Positions 1-11,022 of a stretch of 64,000 bases of DNA are shown piece by piece. The DNA lies in NCBI GenBank assembly GCA_025361085.1, contig JANYAX010000036.1:7208-71207 (forward strand). The letters run 5' to 3'. This DNA is from Candidatus Nomurabacteria bacterium. GTDB taxonomy: Bacteria; Patescibacteriota; Minisyncoccia; Phycocordibacterales; UBA9973. Every line of letters begins with the position of its first letter. Position 1 is the stretch's first letter. The notes beneath the pieces were generated by a model. That model was not told the origin of the DNA and did not search any database. It worked only from the letters and a program-made list of their open reading frames with translations. Made by a program: the position numbers and the translations under genes.

Positions 1-85
1 TTCTAAAAATTATAAATTATTATTTAAAATAAAAAATTGCGTCGCGCTAAAAGGACGATTGCGCGACATGATTTCGTAAAATCAT

Positions 86-2020
86 ATGTCAAAAATCATA
101 GGTATAGATTTGGGTACAACAAATAGTGCGGTTGCGATCATCGAAGGTGGTCAACCAAAAATTATAGAAAATATAGAAGGTGCACGAACAACTCCTTCGG
201 TTGTTACTATTGCAAAAAACGGTGACAGAATGGTTGGGCTTCTTGCAAAACGTCAAGCGGTTACCAACCCAGAAAATACAGTTTATGGAATTAAAAGATT
301 TATCGGTCACTTGTATGATGATCCAGAAATTCAGAAAGATGAGAAAACTATTCCATACAAAATTCAAAAAGGTTCAACTGGTGGAGTTGAAGTTAAAATG
401 GCAGACCAGTGGCTTCGTCCCGAAGAAATTTCGGCTAAAATTTTAGCAAAGATTAAAGCCGATGTCGAAGCAAAACTCGGAGAGAAAATTACTGAGGCCG
501 TTATCACTGTCCCAGCATATTTCAATGACGCTCAAAGAAAAGCAACAAAAGACGCTGGAGTTATTGCTGGGCTCGATGTAAAAAGAATTATTAATGAACC
601 AACGGCTGCTGCTCTTGCTTATGGTTTCAACACAAAGAAAAATGAAAAGATAGTCGTCTATGACTTTGGGGGTGGAACATTCGATGTCTCAGTTCTTGAA
701 GTTGGGGATGATGTTATCGAAGTAAAATCTACCGATGGTGATTCACACATGGGTGGTGAAGATATTGATCAAAAGATTGTGAAGTGGATTGCCGATGAAT
801 ACAAAAAAGAATCTGGTATCGATGTCACAAAAGACATGCTTGCGCTTCAGCGCTTGAAAGAAGCAGCTGAAAAGACAAAGCACGAACTTTCTACAACGAT
901 GGAATCAGAAATAAATATTCCATTCATTACTTCCGATGCGCAAGGTCCCAAACATTTACTTCTAAAAATGACACGAGCCACTCTAGAATCACTTGCTGAA
1001 GAATATGTAACTCGCTCAATCGAAATTACAAAGCGAGCACTTGAAGCTTCTCCATTTAAAATGGGAGAGATAAATGAAATTATTCTCGTCGGTGGGCAAA
1101 CCAGAATGCCTATGATCGTTGAAGCAGTCAAGAAACTTTTTGGAAAAGAACCAAATCGTTCTATCAATCCAGACGAAGTTGTAGCTCTTGGTGCGGCTGT
1201 CCAAGCTGGAGTCTTGCAAGGTGATGTGCGTGATGTTCTACTTCTTGATGTTATTCCTCTTTCACTTGGAATTGAAACACTAGGTGGCGTTTCTACAAAA
1301 TTAGTAGATCGCAACACAACAATCCCAAGCTCAAAATCACAAACATTCTCAACTGCCGCCGATAATCAAACTTCTGTTGAGATTCATATTACTCAAGGAG
1401 AAAGACCGATGGCAGGTGACAACAAATCACTTGGTAGATTTATTCTTGATGGTATTCCACCTGCACCAAGAGGTATGCCACAAATCGAAGTTACTTTCGA
1501 TGTAGATGCTAATGGAATTCTGAACGTTAAGGCGAAAGACAAAGCCTCAGGCAAAGAACAATCAATTCGCATTGAAGCAAGTTCTGGCCTTACAGATGCC
1601 GATATCAAGAAGATGAAAGATGAAGCTGAAGTTCACGCCGAAGAAGATGCAAAGAAAAAAGAATTAGCTGATGAAAAGAATACTGCTGAGATGATGATCT
1701 TCACAGCTGAAAAATCATTAAAAGAATATGGTGATAAAATTCCTGCTGATGTTAAAAAAGGAGTTGAAGATAAAATTGCAGATGTCAGAAAAGCAAAAGA
1801 TGGTAGTGATTTACAATCTATTAAAACTGCGCTTGAGAGTTTGTCTACAGAACTTTCTAAAGTTGGAGAAATAATGAATAAGGCAAATGCTGAAGCTGCT
1901 CAAAACCCAAATCCTACTCCAGAAACTCAAGGAGAAGAAATCAAAGATGCCGAAACTACTGAAAGTAGTACAGGTGCCGACAACGGAGGTGCAGAAGTAA
2001 AAGAAGAAGGAAGTAAATAA
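86..2020 (+). CDS. dnaK: Chaperone DnaK (Hsp70)
   Basis: [38 protein letters not shown] motifs; 644 aa. Confidence 0.99.
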   Translation: MSKIIGIDLGTTNSAVAIIEGGQPKIIENIEGARTTPSVVTIAKNGDRMVGLLAKRQAVTNPENTVYGIKRFIGHLYDDPEIQKDEKTIPYKIQKGSTGGVEVKMADQWLRPEEISAKILAKIKADVEAKLGEKITEAVITVPAYFNDAQRKATKDAGVIAGLDVKRIINEPTAAALAYGFNTKKNEKIVVYDFGGGTFDVSVLEVGDDVIEVKSTDGDSHMGGEDIDQKIVKWIADEYKKESGIDVTKDMLALQRLKEAAEKTKHELSTTMESEINIPFITSDAQGPKHLLLKMTRATLESLAEEYVTRSIEITKRALEASPFKMGEINEIILVGGQTRMPMIVEAVKKLFGKEPNRSINPDEVVALGAAVQAGVLQGDVRDVLLLDVIPLSLGIETLGGVSTKLVDRNTTIPSSKSQTFSTAADNQTSVEIHITQGERPMAGDNKSLGRFILDGIPPAPRGMPQIEVTFDVDANGILNVKAKDKASGKEQSIRIEASSGLTDADIKKMKDEAEVHAEEDAKKKELADEKNTAEMMIFTAEKSLKEYGDKIPADVKKGVEDKIADVRKAKDGSDLQSIKTALESLSTELSKVGEIMNKANAEAAQNPNPTPETQGEEIKDAETTESSTGADNGGAEVKEEGSK

Positions 2021-2021
2021 A

Positions 2022-2145
2022 GTATGGCTTCTTTCCGAATAGCTCTTCCCAGAGGGTACGAAAATTTTTTGCTAAAAATTTTCTCGGTTCTCGCTCCGTC
2101 GAGCTCCAAAGCCCCTCTGGTAAGACTATTCAGAAATACGCCTAC
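2022..2145. repeat. Long imperfect intergenic stem-loop between dnaK and dnaJ
   Basis: GAATAGCTCTTCCCAGAGGG pairs imperfectly with CCCTCTGGTAAGACTATTC; inner GAAAATTTTT/AAAAATTTTC hairpin. Confidence 0.6.
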
Positions 2146-2154
2146 AATACAACT

Positions 2155-3243
2155 ATGTCAAAAGATTATTACAATACACTTGGTGTTGACAAGAGTGCTT
2201 CGAAGGAAGAAATCAAGAAAGCATTTCACAAGCAAGCTCATAAATATCACCCCGATAAAAATAAAGGTGATGATAGTAAATTCAAGGAAGTGAATGAAGC
2301 TTACCAGGTTCTTTCTGATGACCAGAAACGTGCAAGATATGACCAATTCGGTTCTACCGATGGCCCAATGGGTGGTGGTTATGGTGGAGGTCAGCAAGGT
2401 GGATTTGGTGGATTTGACTTTTCAGGTTTTCAGAATGGTCAAGGTTTCGATATGGGAGATCTCGGAGATATTTTCGGAGATTTCTTTGGTGGCGGAATGG
2501 GGCGAGGTACAAAAAATGTACGTCGTGGAAGAGATATCCAAACTGAAATTGATTTAACTTTCGAAGAATCAGTTTTTGGCGTTAATAAGAATATTTCAAT
2601 CACTAAACAATCTACTTGCGATATTTGTAAAGGAACTGGTGGAAAAGTTGGTACGAAAATGAATACTTGTAAAACTTGTAATGGACAAGGGAAAGTGCGT
2701 GAAGTTCGTCGCTCGATACTTGGTTCATTTGAAACTACTAAAACTTGTGAGACTTGTTTAGGTTCAGGCAAAGTTTCATCAGAGAAATGTTCTAACTGTC
2801 ATGGCATAGGTGTTCTAAGAAAGCAATCAGAAATAAATATCGGCGTTCCATCTGGAATAAATGATGGGGAGATGCTAAAGATGGCAGGTGCGGGTGAAGA
2901 TATTCAAGGTGGTAAATCTGGTGATTTATATATAAAAGTAAGAGTTAAACCTCATGCAATTTATAAGCGAGATAGTCTTAATCTGACGATGGATTTGCCA
3001 ATTAAACTTACCGATGCACTTCTTGGTATGGTTTATAATTTGAAAACATTGGAAGGGAACACGATCGAAGTTAAAATTCCTGAAGGTATAAATCATAATG
3101 AATTACTTAGAGTTAGAGGCAGAGGTGTGCCATCGAGCCGTGGACGCGGTGATATAATAATTCGTATTCAAGTCAAAATGCCGACAAAACTTTCACGAAG
3201 AGAAAAAGAATTAATTGAAAAATTAAAAGAAGAAGGCCTCTAA
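2155..3243 (+). CDS. dnaJ: Chaperone DnaJ
   Basis: J domain with HPD, G/F-rich region, four CxxCxGxG repeats. Confidence 0.99.
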   Translation: MSKDYYNTLGVDKSASKEEIKKAFHKQAHKYHPDKNKGDDSKFKEVNEAYQVLSDDQKRARYDQFGSTDGPMGGGYGGGQQGGFGGFDFSGFQNGQGFDMGDLGDIFGDFFGGGMGRGTKNVRRGRDIQTEIDLTFEESVFGVNKNISITKQSTCDICKGTGGKVGTKMNTCKTCNGQGKVREVRRSILGSFETTKTCETCLGSGKVSSEKCSNCHGIGVLRKQSEINIGVPSGINDGEMLKMAGAGEDIQGGKSGDLYIKVRVKPHAIYKRDSLNLTMDLPIKLTDALLGMVYNLKTLEGNTIEVKIPEGINHNELLRVRGRGVPSSRGRGDIIIRIQVKMPTKLSRREKELIEKLKEEGL

Positions 3244-3245
3244 TT

Positions 3246-3276
3246 CTCCAGATAGTGGCAAGGCCACTATCTGGAG
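3246..3276. repeat. REP-like palindrome, copy 1
   Basis: CTCCAGATAGTGGC-AAG-GCCACTATCTGGAG; its 27-nt core is identical to that at 20183-20221. Confidence 0.85.
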
Positions 3277-3363
3277 GAGGGAAAACCTTTACTTATCGCT
3301 CATTTTTGCTATGATTGTTAATATTATTATTTATTACAGGTCGTAGACCTGATATATAAAGAG

Positions 3364-4755
3364 ATGAATAAAAGTTCTAAGGCTGCAAAGAAGCTCTGGA
3401 AAATTGGTTCTAAAGATTTCAACACTCAATATTTTGATTACAATAAAGAGGGTGATTTAATTATTAAAGAAGGACACAATATTTATAATGTTCGTTATTT
3501 GGCAGAGAAATTCGGCACTTCACTAGAAATTCTCATGCCTTTTGTTATTGAGGAGAGATTAGAAGATTTTCTAGATCTTGCCGCGGCCATATCAAAGAAA
3601 GTAGAATTTAAAGGTAAATTCTTTTATAACTACCCGATGAAGGTCAATCAAAGCAAGGAGATAGTCATGTCTGTTGTTGGTGAAGGAGCACACCTTGAAA
3701 CGTCATCATACAATGAACTTTGGATGGTTAAAAAAATGCTAGAACAAGAAAAGTTCAATCCGAACATTCGTATACTTTGTTCAGGTCCAAAAACTGATAG
3801 CTATATAAATCTTATCGATGAATTACAACATAAAGGTGTAAAAATTTTTCCTTTGATCGAAGGACCAAACGAATTAAAGTTTTTACAATATTCTAAATAT
3901 GATGTCGGTATACGTCTCGATATCCCAGTGAAAGCAAGTTCTAGATGGAATAAACCAGTAGACAGATTTGGTTTCTCAGCAAAAGAAATTTTGGACATGG
4001 GATCGTTTAAGAATTTGAAAATTCTTCACTATCATGTTGGATCGCAAATTGAAAAACTTAATGATGTTTTGATTCCGATTAAATATGCGCTTGATGTTTA
4101 CTTCAAACTCAAAGAAAAAAATCCATCGCTTGATACTCTTGATATCGGAGGAGGGATGCCGATACCTTACGAGAGAACAAAAGGTTATCCTGTCGAAAAG
4201 TTAATGGAAAGAATACTTAAATTAGTCAAAACAGAATCAGAAAAGCGCGGGCTTCCACATCCAAATTTGATTTGTGAATGGGGTAGATATATGGTTGCTC
4301 CAGCGCAAATTACAGTTTACAAAGTTATTGATACAAAAAGAATAAAACATAAAGCCAGTCCTGCCACAAAATGGTATGTTATTGATGGTAGTTTTATGAA
4401 TGATCTTCCAGACACTTGGGCCATCGATCAAAAATGGGCAATTGCTCCTGTAAATAATAAAAGAGACGGTAATCTAAATGAAGTTTGGCTTGCTGGCTCC
4501 TCCTGTGATTCTGATGATATATATAAAGGATTGAAAGAAACTCTCACCTTACCAGTATTCGATATGAACGGTGAAAATGACGGTGCTGGACCAATGTATA
4601 TTGTTGTGTTTGATACAGGTGCTTATCAGACATCTCTTGCTGCACAACATTGCATGCTATCATCACCGATGAAAATAGTGGTAGAAAATGGCCACATCGT
4701 CGTTGTAAAAAAACGTGAGTCAGCTGAAGATGTTGGTAAAACTTTCGGATGGTAA
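3364..4755 (+). CDS. speA: PLP-dependent fold-type III decarboxylase, probable arginine decarboxylase
   Basis: YPMKVNQ (PLP lysine), HYHVGSQ, DIGGG, EWGRY, SCDSDD motifs; clustered with agmatinase. Confidence 0.8.
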   Translation: MNKSSKAAKKLWKIGSKDFNTQYFDYNKEGDLIIKEGHNIYNVRYLAEKFGTSLEILMPFVIEERLEDFLDLAAAISKKVEFKGKFFYNYPMKVNQSKEIVMSVVGEGAHLETSSYNELWMVKKMLEQEKFNPNIRILCSGPKTDSYINLIDELQHKGVKIFPLIEGPNELKFLQYSKYDVGIRLDIPVKASSRWNKPVDRFGFSAKEILDMGSFKNLKILHYHVGSQIEKLNDVLIPIKYALDVYFKLKEKNPSLDTLDIGGGMPIPYERTKGYPVEKLMERILKLVKTESEKRGLPHPNLICEWGRYMVAPAQITVYKVIDTKRIKHKASPATKWYVIDGSFMNDLPDTWAIDQKWAIAPVNNKRDGNLNEVWLAGSSCDSDDIYKGLKETLTLPVFDMNGENDGAGPMYIVVFDTGAYQTSLAAQHCMLSSPMKIVVENGHIVVVKKRESAEDVGKTFGW

Positions 4756-4792
4756 TTAATTAGGTTCTAGTACCTAGTTTCTAGGAGTTAGA

Positions 4793-4908
4793 AAAAGGGG
4801 TAGCATTATGAAAAATTATGAGTAGGTGTGGGCGCGCCGGAGCCTCGAGTGTACTCACGAGAGGTGGAGAGGGATAAGCGAATAATTTTTCATAATGCTA
4901 CCCCTTTT
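4793..4908. repeat. MITE-like element with perfect 27-bp inverted repeats around a GC-rich core
   Basis: AAAAGGGGTAGCATTATGAAAAATTAT ... ATAATTTTTCATAATGCTACCCCTTTT. Confidence 0.75.
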
Positions 4909-4941
4909 ATTATAAAATCATTGTGATAAAATATATACATT

Positions 4942-5961
4942 ATGAATACAAATTTAAACACTTTAGAATTTATTCTAAAAAATTATAAGAATTTCAATGC
5001 ACGTGCGACGAAAGACGCAACTATTTCGTATTGGCGTCATATTGAAAAGGGTGGAAAAATGTTTTGGGCCATGGGTGGGGCGATGTCTTCTGCTCAGCTT
5101 GGAATAACACTTGCGCCTGCAATCCGAAGTGGTTTGATTTCGGGAATGTCTGTGACAGGAGCGAACCTCGAAGAATCACTCTTCCGTCTTGTTGCTCACA
5201 AGAGTTACAAAGATTTTCCTGATTATCGATATTTTACTAAAGAAGATGACACAAAAATTCTCGAAGACCGCATGCGTCGCGTGACAGATACAAGTATCCC
5301 AGAAGATGAAGCATTTCGTGTTGTCGAGAAACAAATTGTCCCTACTTGGAAGACAGCCACAGTAGATGGCACAAGAAAGTTTTGGCATGAATATTTCTAC
5401 GAGCTTATTCAATCGATTGATAAAGAAAAGCACGAAGGAAGTGCCGATGAATGTTGGTTACTTGCAGCAGCCGAGAAAAATATTCCAATTGTAGTTCCTG
5501 GATATGAAGATTCAACTTTTGGAAATATTTTTGCTTCATATGTAAAGACTGGTGAATGCAGTGCAAATATTGCAAAATCCGGAGTTGAATACATGTGTGC
5601 TTGGTATGACCAATATCAGAAATTATCCGAAGGTCAGGGTGTCGGGTTCTTCCAAATTGGTGGTGGTATATCTGGGGATTTTCCAATCTGTGTAGTCCCT
5701 TCTATCAAATATGATCTGCAAAAAGATGTTAAACCATGGGCATATTTCTGCCAAATTTCTGATTCGACAACTTCATATGGTTCATATTCAGGGGCAACTC
5801 CAAATGAGAAAATTACTTGGGATAAACTTACAAAAGACACTCCAATGTTTGTCATCGAATCCGATGCAACTATCGTCGTTCCTCTAGTACTAAATGCACT
5901 TATGGAATGCCAAGCAAACCCAGCTGAAGCAAATAAATTAATAGAAAAGTACACAGCATAA
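4942..5961 (+). CDS. Deoxyhypusine synthase-like protein (SpeY-type, homospermidine pathway)
   Basis: TGANLEE, IGGGISGDF, SDSTTSYGSYSGATPNEKITWDKL (active-site Lys region); lies between speA and agmatinase. Confidence 0.9.
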   Translation: MNTNLNTLEFILKNYKNFNARATKDATISYWRHIEKGGKMFWAMGGAMSSAQLGITLAPAIRSGLISGMSVTGANLEESLFRLVAHKSYKDFPDYRYFTKEDDTKILEDRMRRVTDTSIPEDEAFRVVEKQIVPTWKTATVDGTRKFWHEYFYELIQSIDKEKHEGSADECWLLAAAEKNIPIVVPGYEDSTFGNIFASYVKTGECSANIAKSGVEYMCAWYDQYQKLSEGQGVGFFQIGGGISGDFPICVVPSIKYDLQKDVKPWAYFCQISDSTTSYGSYSGATPNEKITWDKLTKDTPMFVIESDATIVVPLVLNALMECQANPAEANKLIEKYTA

Positions 5962-5973
5962 ATAATTTTTGAA

Positions 5974-7026
5974 ATGGACAACAAAAAAATTATAGAAAAA
6001 AAAATATCAAATTTTAACCCAAATGAAAGTGGTGAACTTCATGAGGGAATTTTTGGTTTGCCATTTAGTGTAAATGAATCTAAATTAATTCTTGTACCGG
6101 TGCCATGGGAAGCAACAACTACTTATGGTGATGGAGCCTCATATGGTCCTAAATCAATATTAGAAGCCTCACAGCAAATAGATTTATATGATTCAATATA
6201 TCCAGATGGTTGGAAGGAGGGAATTGCGATGCAAGATATTCCGATGAATATATTTAAAAAGAGTGAAGAAATTGGCGAAAAGACAAATGAATATGTAAGA
6301 AAATATAACGAAAGACAAATTGATAAAACATTACAAAATGAAATAAATAAAGCGGGTGAAGAATTAAATAAATATGTTAAACAAGTTACTTCCGATTTTT
6401 TAAATAAAGACAAGATTGTTGGAGTTATTGGAGGGGAACATAGTGTTCCACTTGGGTATATTGAAGCTTTGTCAGAAAAATATGAAGATTTTGGTATTTT
6501 GCACATTGACGCACATTCTGATCTCAGAGAAGCATATCAAGGTCTTACTTATTCTCATGCGTCTATATTTTATAATGTTTTAAAAATTAAAAATGTCTCT
6601 AGTCTTGTTCAGTTCGGTGTTCGAGATTTTTGTGAAGATGAATTCAATCTTATTCAAAAAAATGAAAAACGTATATTTCTTTTCACTGATTATGAAATAA
6701 AGAAAAAAATATTTAGAGGAACGACAATAAAAAAAGAATTTAATGAAATAATTAAAAAACTTCCCCAAAATGTATATGTCTCTTTTGATATCGATGGCCT
6801 TATTCCTTATCTAAGTCCTAATACTGGTACGCCTGTAGTGGGTGGTTTCACTATTGAAGAAGTTGTCTTTTTGATTGAAGAAGTTGTTAATTCTGGTAGA
6901 AAAATAATAGGCTTTGATTTGTGTGAGGTTTCCCCAGGAGAAAATATCAATAATAAATGGGATGGAAACGTTGGGGCAAGAGTTTTGTATAAGCTTTGTC
7001 AGCTTACATTAAAAAGCCAGAAGTAG
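5974..7026 (+). CDS. speB: Agmatinase (ureohydrolase family)
   Basis: GGEHS, DAHSD, SFDIDG, TGTP metal-binding motifs. Confidence 0.9.
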   Translation: MDNKKIIEKKISNFNPNESGELHEGIFGLPFSVNESKLILVPVPWEATTTYGDGASYGPKSILEASQQIDLYDSIYPDGWKEGIAMQDIPMNIFKKSEEIGEKTNEYVRKYNERQIDKTLQNEINKAGEELNKYVKQVTSDFLNKDKIVGVIGGEHSVPLGYIEALSEKYEDFGILHIDAHSDLREAYQGLTYSHASIFYNVLKIKNVSSLVQFGVRDFCEDEFNLIQKNEKRIFLFTDYEIKKKIFRGTTIKKEFNEIIKKLPQNVYVSFDIDGLIPYLSPNTGTPVVGGFTIEEVVFLIEEVVNSGRKIIGFDLCEVSPGENINNKWDGNVGARVLYKLCQLTLKSQK

Positions 7027-7113
7027 AAATTATAAATCAACTCACTGTATCACACAGCAAGAACCAAATTTGTAAAAAAATATAAGGCGTACAAATAATG
7101 TACGCCTTTTATT

Positions 7114-7512
7114 TTAATAATTGTTGTCATTGAGAACCTTCATCAAACCGACAGGCACTCCAATGCATCCAAATATTCCCCACGCAACATAAATTGGGGT
7201 TATTGATTTTATCATAAAACCAAAAATTACCCCCAGAATTGTTGCACCAACGAAGAGTATTAAATATATTATTACTAATTCTTTTAATACTTTTTTCCAA
7301 ACTTTTTCTCTTTTCATTGTTTCCTCCTTTTTGTTTGCTCTCTCATCCTTTTTACGAAGATAAAGAAGACTCATGGATCTTCTTGCTTTTTGTTTTGCTG
7401 TCAGTCTCATCTTTTGATTGTTTTTAAGATTAATTGAATTGTGTTTACCTCCGACAAAAGTTGGGGACAAAAATAATTTAACTAATAAATGAAAAGAATT
7501 TTCAAGGAACAA
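7114..7512 (-). CDS. Hypothetical small membrane protein (start probably at internal MRLTAK)
   Basis: Basic N-terminus and two hydrophobic segments. Confidence 0.5.
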   Translation of the reverse strand: MFLENSFHLLVKLFLSPTFVGGKHNSINLKNNQKMRLTAKQKARRSMSLLYLRKKDERANKKEETMKREKVWKKVLKELVIIYLILFVGATILGVIFGFMIKSITPIYVAWGIFGCIGVPVGLMKVLNDNNY

Positions 7513-7647
7513 TTAATTCTGTGTGAAGTATAGCACAATACATAATACATGTCAAGTATTTTGAGTAATATGAATTGACTTTATTAAATATATCAAGTAA
7601 AATATATTTAGTTTGATAAGTTTTATTATTATTAAATTAAAATATTT

Positions 7648-8232
7648 ATGAGAATTGCAAGAAGTGAACAGATCGCGTTTTCAAGTATACTCTTTGATTC
7701 ATTGTTTGGGCTAGTACTTTTTTTTAGTATTGATTCTATTCTTGATATAAAGAATCCGACCAGTTTGTTTTTCTATTTATTTAGTATTATTATTTTGGCT
7801 CATTGGTGGCTAATGTTTAAATCATGCGATGACGCTTATAATGAAGAAGTTACCAACTCCGCACTCGATTTAATCATCGGTGTTGTTCAATTGATATTTA
7901 TTGAGTTTATAGTACTTGCATCACGCTCATCTGACTACATTTTGGCTACAAAATTTCTATTAGCGTTATTTATAATTGATTTGTTGTGGGCAGTAATTTG
8001 GCTTTATATAGGTAAATGGAGAACAGCAGATATTTCAAAAATTCATTTAATGGAAAAAGAATTAAAGTATAACATCTTAATTGATTCAATCGCTGTTGTT
8101 TTGTTCTTGCTGTTTATGTTTTTCTTTCAGTCGTTTATGCCAATATTTTTTGTTATTGGATTTGTAATAATCTATTTAATATACATAATTCTTTCTTTTA
8201 AATATAAAATTATTGATATAGATATATTCTAA
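7648..8232 (+). CDS. Hypothetical polytopic membrane protein
   Basis: About 6 hydrophobic helices. Confidence 0.75.
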   Translation: MRIARSEQIAFSSILFDSLFGLVLFFSIDSILDIKNPTSLFFYLFSIIILAHWWLMFKSCDDAYNEEVTNSALDLIIGVVQLIFIEFIVLASRSSDYILATKFLLALFIIDLLWAVIWLYIGKWRTADISKIHLMEKELKYNILIDSIAVVLFLLFMFFFQSFMPIFFVIGFVIIYLIYIILSFKYKIIDIDIF

Positions 8233-8241
8233 AAAGTTAAA

Positions 8242-8706
8242 ATGAATTATAAAAAAATTCTTAATCAAGTCAAAAAAAGGCCTCGTGTTCACGGTTATAT
8301 CTCTCCCAATACTGAAACAAAATTGAGCCTAATTCATGGATTAGGGTTGTTTTCAAAGAGAGTTATAAATAAGAACGAAATAGTTGCTGTGTGGGGTGGA
8401 TGTATTGCAACAAAAAACGAGATAGAAAAATTACCCAAAGATATTGGTTACGAATATGCACTTGAGATATATCCAGGGTATTATCTTGCTGAGGTGAAAG
8501 AGTCAGAATTAGATTCTTCTGACTTTGTAAATCATTCTTGCTCACCAAACTGTAAAATTGTAAATAAATTTACAATGATATCAAAACGAAAAATTAAAAA
8601 GGGGGAAGAACTAACGTCAGATTTTTCTAACCATAAAATGAACGGGCATAATTTCTTATGTAATTGTGGTGCCAAAAATTGTAAAAAAAAGACCTTTTTT
8701 AATTAA
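8242..8706 (+). CDS. SET-domain methyltransferase with post-SET zinc cluster
   Basis: HGLGLF, FVNHSCSPNC, GEELTSDF, CNCGAKNC motifs. Confidence 0.92.
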   Translation: MNYKKILNQVKKRPRVHGYISPNTETKLSLIHGLGLFSKRVINKNEIVAVWGGCIATKNEIEKLPKDIGYEYALEIYPGYYLAEVKESELDSSDFVNHSCSPNCKIVNKFTMISKRKIKKGEELTSDFSNHKMNGHNFLCNCGAKNCKKKTFFN

Positions 8707-8732
8707 AAGAGTAGATATGCTATAATACATAT

Positions 8733-9656
8733 ATGTCATGGTTTTTTATTGCACTGATTGGTCCATTTCTATATGCTTTAACAAATTATATAGATAAAAT
8801 TCTTTTAGAAAAATATTTTAAAGAAAGTGGTATTGGAACTATCTTGTTGTTTTCTTCGTTGATATCTATGTTTGCGCTACCTATTTTTCTGATTATAGAT
8901 AATACAGTTTTAGATGTTAATATAATAAATATTCTCATTCTCGCATTAAAAGGGACATTGGGGGTGGGAGTATTGTGGTTTTATTTAATGGCCTTAAAAA
9001 ATGAAGAGGCTTCAGTTGTTATTGTTTTTTATCAGCTTGTGCCAGTGTTTGGAGCAATATTAGGCTATTTTTTTCTTGGTGAAATACTAACAAAAATGCA
9101 AGTAATCTCTATGGCTATAATTATTTTAGGGACAATGATTATATCATTTGAAATAGATTCAGATAATCATTTTAGATTAAGAAAGAAAAACACTATTATC
9201 CCAATGATCGGAGCCTCTTTATTTTGGGCGACAGGAGGAGTTATTTTCAAATCTGTTGCGCTTAAAGAAAACTTATGGCGGTCATTATTTTGGGAACATG
9301 TAATGTTAGTGTTAGTTGGCATAATTATTTTTATTTTTGTAAGGTCATATCGCAATAGTTTTATTTTAGCGCTAAAAAATAATTCTAAAAATATTTTATC
9401 ACTCAATATTATAAATGAATTTATATATATATCTGGAAATGTTGCTGTAGCTTATGCGTATTTACTTGCTCCAATTGGACTTGTATTACTCACAGAATCT
9501 TTTCAACCGATCTTTGTTTTAATTATTGGAGTGATTTTAACTGCTTTATTCCCTAAAATTATAACCGAAAAAATGCAAGCAAAACATCTTTGGCAGAAAG
9601 TTATTGCTATTAGTATAACGGCACTAGGTACATATCTTTTGCTTTTTTATAAATAA
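8733..9656 (+). CDS. EamA/DMT-family transporter
   Basis: About 10 TM helices in two repeats; 307 aa; LGYFFLGE motif. Confidence 0.85.
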   Translation: MSWFFIALIGPFLYALTNYIDKILLEKYFKESGIGTILLFSSLISMFALPIFLIIDNTVLDVNIINILILALKGTLGVGVLWFYLMALKNEEASVVIVFYQLVPVFGAILGYFFLGEILTKMQVISMAIIILGTMIISFEIDSDNHFRLRKKNTIIPMIGASLFWATGGVIFKSVALKENLWRSLFWEHVMLVLVGIIIFIFVRSYRNSFILALKNNSKNILSLNIINEFIYISGNVAVAYAYLLAPIGLVLLTESFQPIFVLIIGVILTALFPKIITEKMQAKHLWQKVIAISITALGTYLLLFYK

Positions 9657-9667
9657 TTTTATTTATT

Positions 9668-10579
9668 ATGATTCCAGAATTTCCAAACTTTAAGAAGTTA
9701 GAATTATCTGATAAAGAAGAAATTGAAAAATTTGTATCTAATTTTCCACCTTATTCCGCTTTTAATTTTATTAATTTATTGATCTGGGATATAAAAAATA
9801 CACGTAAAATATCAAAATTAAATGATAACCTGGTAATATTTTTTACTGATTATGAGACAGATGAACCGTTTTTGTCTTTTTTGGGAAATAATAAATGCAA
9901 AGATACTATTTTAAAACTTGTTAGTTTTGCTCAAAAGGAAAAGATATCTACTAAACTTAGATTTATTACAGAAGAAATTATTTCTCAAATAAAATCTGAC
10001 AATTTAAATATTGAGGAAGATCGTGATAATTTTGATTATTTATTTTCTCCGTTTGAATTATCAAATTATACGGGAATTAAATTCAAAAAACATAGACATC
10101 TTGCCAAAAGATTTTTACAGGATTATCCAAATGCTATTTTTAAAATAGAAAATTTAAATAATGAAAAAAATAAAAATGATATTCATTCTGTATTGCGTAA
10201 ATGGGAGAATGGTAAAAAATTAGAAAATAAATTTTGTAATTTAAGTTACGAGGAGAAAGCTATTGATAACCTATTAAAAAATATTAGTGACAAAAAATTG
10301 ATTTTATCATATGTGCTTATAGATAACAAAATGATAGGATTCAGTATTGATGAAATATTACCAAATGAGGTCGTAATATCACACTTTGTTAAAGCCGATA
10401 ACTCTTTTAGGGGAATATATGAATTTTTAAATAAAAAATTAGCCAGTTATTTATTTACTTTAGGCATTAAAACATGGAATTGGCAACAAGATTTAAATAT
10501 TAAAAATTTAAGAGAGACAAAATTGGGATATAGACCTGTTTCTTTTTTAAAGAGATTTAGCGTGTCGTACAAGATTTAA
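9668..10579 (+). CDS. DUF2156 / aminoacyl-phosphatidylglycerol-synthase C-terminal-like (GNAT-fold) protein
   Basis: EDRDNFDYLF, HFVKAD, NWQQDLNIKNLRETKLGYRP match the family pattern (RD..DY, H.EKA, NREQDLG...LR..K.SY.P). Confidence 0.8.
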   Translation: MIPEFPNFKKLELSDKEEIEKFVSNFPPYSAFNFINLLIWDIKNTRKISKLNDNLVIFFTDYETDEPFLSFLGNNKCKDTILKLVSFAQKEKISTKLRFITEEIISQIKSDNLNIEEDRDNFDYLFSPFELSNYTGIKFKKHRHLAKRFLQDYPNAIFKIENLNNEKNKNDIHSVLRKWENGKKLENKFCNLSYEEKAIDNLLKNISDKKLILSYVLIDNKMIGFSIDEILPNEVVISHFVKADNSFRGIYEFLNKKLASYLFTLGIKTWNWQQDLNIKNLRETKLGYRPVSFLKRFSVSYKI

Positions 10580-10602
10580 GGAATATTGAAAAACAATATT
10601 TT

Positions 10603-10998
10603 ATGATGTATAATAGAAAGTACAATTATATGAAAACCAAACAACATTTTTATAATCATATATTTTTTTACATAATATCTTTTTTCCTTTTAGTGACAAT
10701 ATTTAATTCTTTCTATCGTTTTATTATTAAAAATGATTATATCGTTTATTATGAAGATAAATGTGATCCTTACACGGAGTCATGTTTTATGTCTTGTGAA
10801 GCAGACAGTTGTATTTATTATAAAAAGATACAAAAATATGCTTTAAATGTTTATACTGAATGTGGTAATAATATCACAAATTGTTACCAAGCAAGTGTTT
10901 GTTTAAAAAATGATAAAAATTGTTCTATAACATATTGCAATTTAAATATAGATTCTAATTGTGAATTTATTAATAATAGTCGTATCCAAAATAATTAA
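10603..10998 (+). CDS. Membrane-anchored cysteine-rich extracytoplasmic protein
   Basis: N-terminal TM segment followed by 10 Cys (CDPYTESCF...). Confidence 0.7.
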   Translation: MMYNRKYNYMKTKQHFYNHIFFYIISFFLLVTIFNSFYRFIIKNDYIVYYEDKCDPYTESCFMSCEADSCIYYKKIQKYALNVYTECGNNITNCYQASVCLKNDKNCSITYCNLNIDSNCEFINNSRIQNN

Positions 10999-11022
10999 TT
11001 ACTAGCATAAAGAATAAATAAC

